Shown here one piece after another: positions 62,103 to 64,000 of a stretch of DNA of 64,000 nucleotides. Under the pieces are notes generated by a model. That model was not told the DNA's origin. It saw only the letters and a program-made list of their open reading frames with translations, and searched no databases. The DNA is from an uncultured Anaerolineales bacterium. Its GTDB lineage: Bacteria; Chloroflexota; Anaerolineae; Anaerolineales; UBA4823. The position numbers were made by a program, and so were the translations under genes. The stretch's first letter is position 1; each line of letters starts with the position of its first letter. The stretch is from positions 56,971 to 120,970 of the forward strand of contig CALFWB010000003.1 in NCBI GenBank assembly GCA_937928795.1. The letters run 5' to 3'.

Positions 62103-64000
62103 ATGGCAAAACTTGAAGATCTAACGCCAAATTGTCAAGTAAAGGGGATTGTACCCAATGAGACCGTGACCATTCTAAGTGTGCAATGGCATGGCACTGA
62201 TGTTATTGAAGTCTCCTATCGGGGAAGTAGCGGCAATTTAGGCAATGAACTCTTATTTCGTAATCGCGAAGCCATGTTAGAGGTCATTGCGCCCGGCGCA
62301 GCTTGGGCTTTTGATGCTGACCCAGAACTGTTCCGCCTAGTGTCCGAAGCTTACCGCATCCGAATGGCTCATTTGTTTGACCCGTGGTTAGCCATCCACC
62401 TTTCTCAAATCGAACCCTTGCCGCACCAAATTCAAGCTGTGTACGGCGATATGTTACCTCGGCAGCCTTTGAGATTTCTGCTCGCGGATGACCCCGGATC
62501 GGGTAAAACCATCATGGCTGGCTTGTTGATCAAAGAATTGCTCTTGCGCGGTGATTTACAACGTTGCCTGATTGTCAGCCCCGGCAATTTGACCGAGCAG
62601 TGGCAAGATGAACTGTGGCAAAAATTTCAACTACCCTTTGAATTGCTTACCAATGACAGAATTCAAGCAGCGCGTTCAGGAAACGCCTTTGCGGAAATGC
62701 CCCTTGTCATTGCCCGCTTAGACAAACTCAGCCGCGACGAAGTGATTCAGGCGCATCTGAGTCAATTCGATTGGGACCTAGTTGTCGTGGACGAAGCTCA
62801 TAAAATGTCTGCCTCGGTCTTTGGTGGGGAGATCAAATACACCAAACGGTATAAACTGGGGCAACTTTTGGCAACTCGAACGCGTCACCTGCTTTTGCTA
62901 ACCGCCACTCCGCACAACGGCAAAGAAGCCGATTTCCAGCTCTTTATGGGTTTACTAGATGCCGACCGCTTTGAGGGAAAATACCGCGAGGGCGTCCACA
63001 CTGTGGATGTCTCCGATTTGATGCGTCGCTTGGTCAAGGAGCAGTTGTTAAAGTTTGACGGCACCCCGCTGTTTCCAGAACGCCGGGCTTACACAGTGGA
63101 TTACGATTTATCCGAAGAAGAGGCTGCTCTGTACGAGGCGGTTACCCAGTATGTTTCGGAAGAGTTTAACCGCGCCGACAATCTGGATGCAGAGCGCCGT
63201 GGCACGGTGGGGTTCGCCCTGACGATGCTGCAAAGGCGCTTAGCTTCCAGCCCAGAAGCCATTTATCAGTCTTTGCGGCGGCGGCGCGAGCGCTTAGAAA
63301 GCCGTTTGAAAGAAGAGCGTCTCTTGAAACGAGGGAGGGAAGCCGAGTTGAGTTTTCTGCAGCACCTGCCTCAACTTGACGCTGAAACCATTGAGGATTT
63401 TGAAGACGCTCCAGAAGAAGAACAAGAGCAGAACACCGAACCGTTGATCGATCTGGCAACTGCCGCCCGCACCATTCGCGAATTGGAGCTTGAAATCGAA
63501 CAATTGCGTCACCTAGAACAGATGGCTGACCGCGTACGCCGTTCCGGCAAAGATCGCAAATGGCAAGAACTTTCGCGCATCCTCCAAGAGGATGCGGAAA
63601 TGTTTGACGCTAACGGTCAGCGCCGGAAACTGGTGATCTTCACCGAGCATCGCGATACCCTGAACTACCTTGCAGAAAAAATCGCAACCTTGTTGGGCAA
63701 TCCTGATAGGGTCGTCACCATTCACGGTGGAATGCTACGTGACGAAAGGCGCGCCATGCAGGCTAAATTTGTACAGGATAAAGACGTATTCGTGTTGGTT
63801 GCCACCGATGCGGCCGGCGAAGGCATCAATCTTCATCGCGCCCATCTCATGGTCAACTACGATTTGCCGTGGAACCCCGCCCGCATTGAGCAACGCTTTG
63901 GGCGCATCCATCGCATCGGTCAGACCGAGGTTTGCCATCTCTGGAATCTGGTAGCCGATGAAACGCGCGAAGGGGATGTCTATGCCCGTTTGCTGCGCAA
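62103..64000 (+). CDS. SNF2/RAD54-family (SF2) helicase, 5' partial: 632 codons open to the window end
   Basis: Not in the ORF track because no stop lies in the window. My hand translation from ATG 62103 stays open throughout. It shows motif I LLADDPGSGKT, motif II VVVDEAHK, motif III LLLTATPHNGK, motif V ATDAAGEGINL and motif VI QRFGRIHRIGQ. Confidence 0.85.
   Translation, partial: MAKLEDLTPNCQVKGIVPNETVTILSVQWHGTDVIEVSYRGSSGNLGNELLFRNREAMLEVIAPGAAWAFDADPELFRLVSEAYRIRMAHLFDPWLAIHLSQIEPLPHQIQAVYGDMLPRQPLRFLLADDPGSGKTIMAGLLIKELLLRGDLQRCLIVSPGNLTEQWQDELWQKFQLPFELLTNDRIQAARSGNAFAEMPLVIARLDKLSRDEVIQAHLSQFDWDLVVVDEAHKMSASVFGGEIKYTKRYKLGQLLATRTRHLLLLTATPHNGKEADFQLFMGLLDADRFEGKYREGVHTVDVSDLMRRLVKEQLLKFDGTPLFPERRAYTVDYDLSEEEAALYEAVTQYVSEEFNRADNLDAERRGTVGFALTMLQRRLASSPEAIYQSLRRRRERLESRLKEERLLKRGREAELSFLQHLPQLDAETIEDFEDAPEEEQEQNTEPLIDLATAARTIRELELEIEQLRHLEQMADRVRRSGKDRKWQELSRILQEDAEMFDANGQRRKLVIFTEHRDTLNYLAEKIATLLGNPDRVVTIHGGMLRDERRAMQAKFVQDKDVFVLVATDAAGEGINLHRAHLMVNYDLPWNPARIEQRFGRIHRIGQTEVCHLWNLVADETREGDVYARLLR

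Noticed and set aside
63166-63954. Several 67-97-aa ORFs (three on the minus strand, one on the plus strand in another frame) near the window end.
   Set aside because: They are shadow ORFs inside the open SNF2 helicase reading frame, which carries all the helicase motifs.
1-64000. I looked for CRISPR arrays, rRNA genes, prophage structural genes, IS elements and toxin-antitoxin pairs.
   Set aside because: I saw no regularly spaced direct repeats, no rRNA-like segments, no transposase and no phage structural motifs. The only repeats are the hairpin family and the 12-bp CAATATGATGAC duplication. This was a by-eye scan, so short or diverged elements may have been missed.

Overview
This is a 64-kb chromosomal segment from an anaerobic bacterium. 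The lineage cannot be fixed without a database search; gene content is Wood-Ljungdahl/acetogen-like. I call about 50 protein genes and 4 tRNAs (Met-CAU, His-GUG, Leu-UAG, Asp-GUC), and found no rRNA or CRISPR array by eye.

Main blocks:
- 129-6998: a candidate leader-peptide attenuator, then a translationally coupled operon (class I/II aminotransferase; GshA-like ligase fused to an M20 amidohydrolase; aspartokinase), then tRNA-Met and a stand-alone homocysteine S-methyltransferase module.
- 7-22 kb: housekeeping genes (tRNA-His/hisS, scpA, trxA, murA, prepilin peptidase, secDF, rlmN, clpP, tig), plus an uncharacterised NIL-domain / PP2C-SpoIIE-like / P-loop triad.
- 22-24 kb: tRNA-Leu, a hypothetical gene and a tyrosine recombinase.
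- 24-30.5 kb: a Na+-translocating methylmalonyl-CoA-decarboxylase-type complex, aspartate aminotransferase and PEP carboxykinase.
- 30.6-35.7 kb: a trmFO-to-hflX operon.
- 35.7-41.8 kb: tatA and hypABFCDE.
- 46.9-58.5 kb: an 8-gene minus-strand acetyl-CoA pathway operon (HMA-like protein, acsA, acsB, acsD, acsC, RACo-type activase, acsE, fused metV-metF).
- 58.8-61.4 kb: a divergent second RACo-like activase and a B12-binding protein.
- 62103 to the window end: after tRNA-Asp, an open-ended SNF2-family helicase gene that is absent from the ORF track.

A 78-bp nested-hairpin repeat family occurs at 67-113, 21971-22048 and 61607-61684, with a degenerate relative at 19579-19606.

The best candidates for novelty are the attenuator with the ligase::M20 operon, the HMA-like first gene of the acs operon, the NIL/PP2C/P-loop triad, and the tRNA-Asp-adjacent helicase locus that runs off the window.
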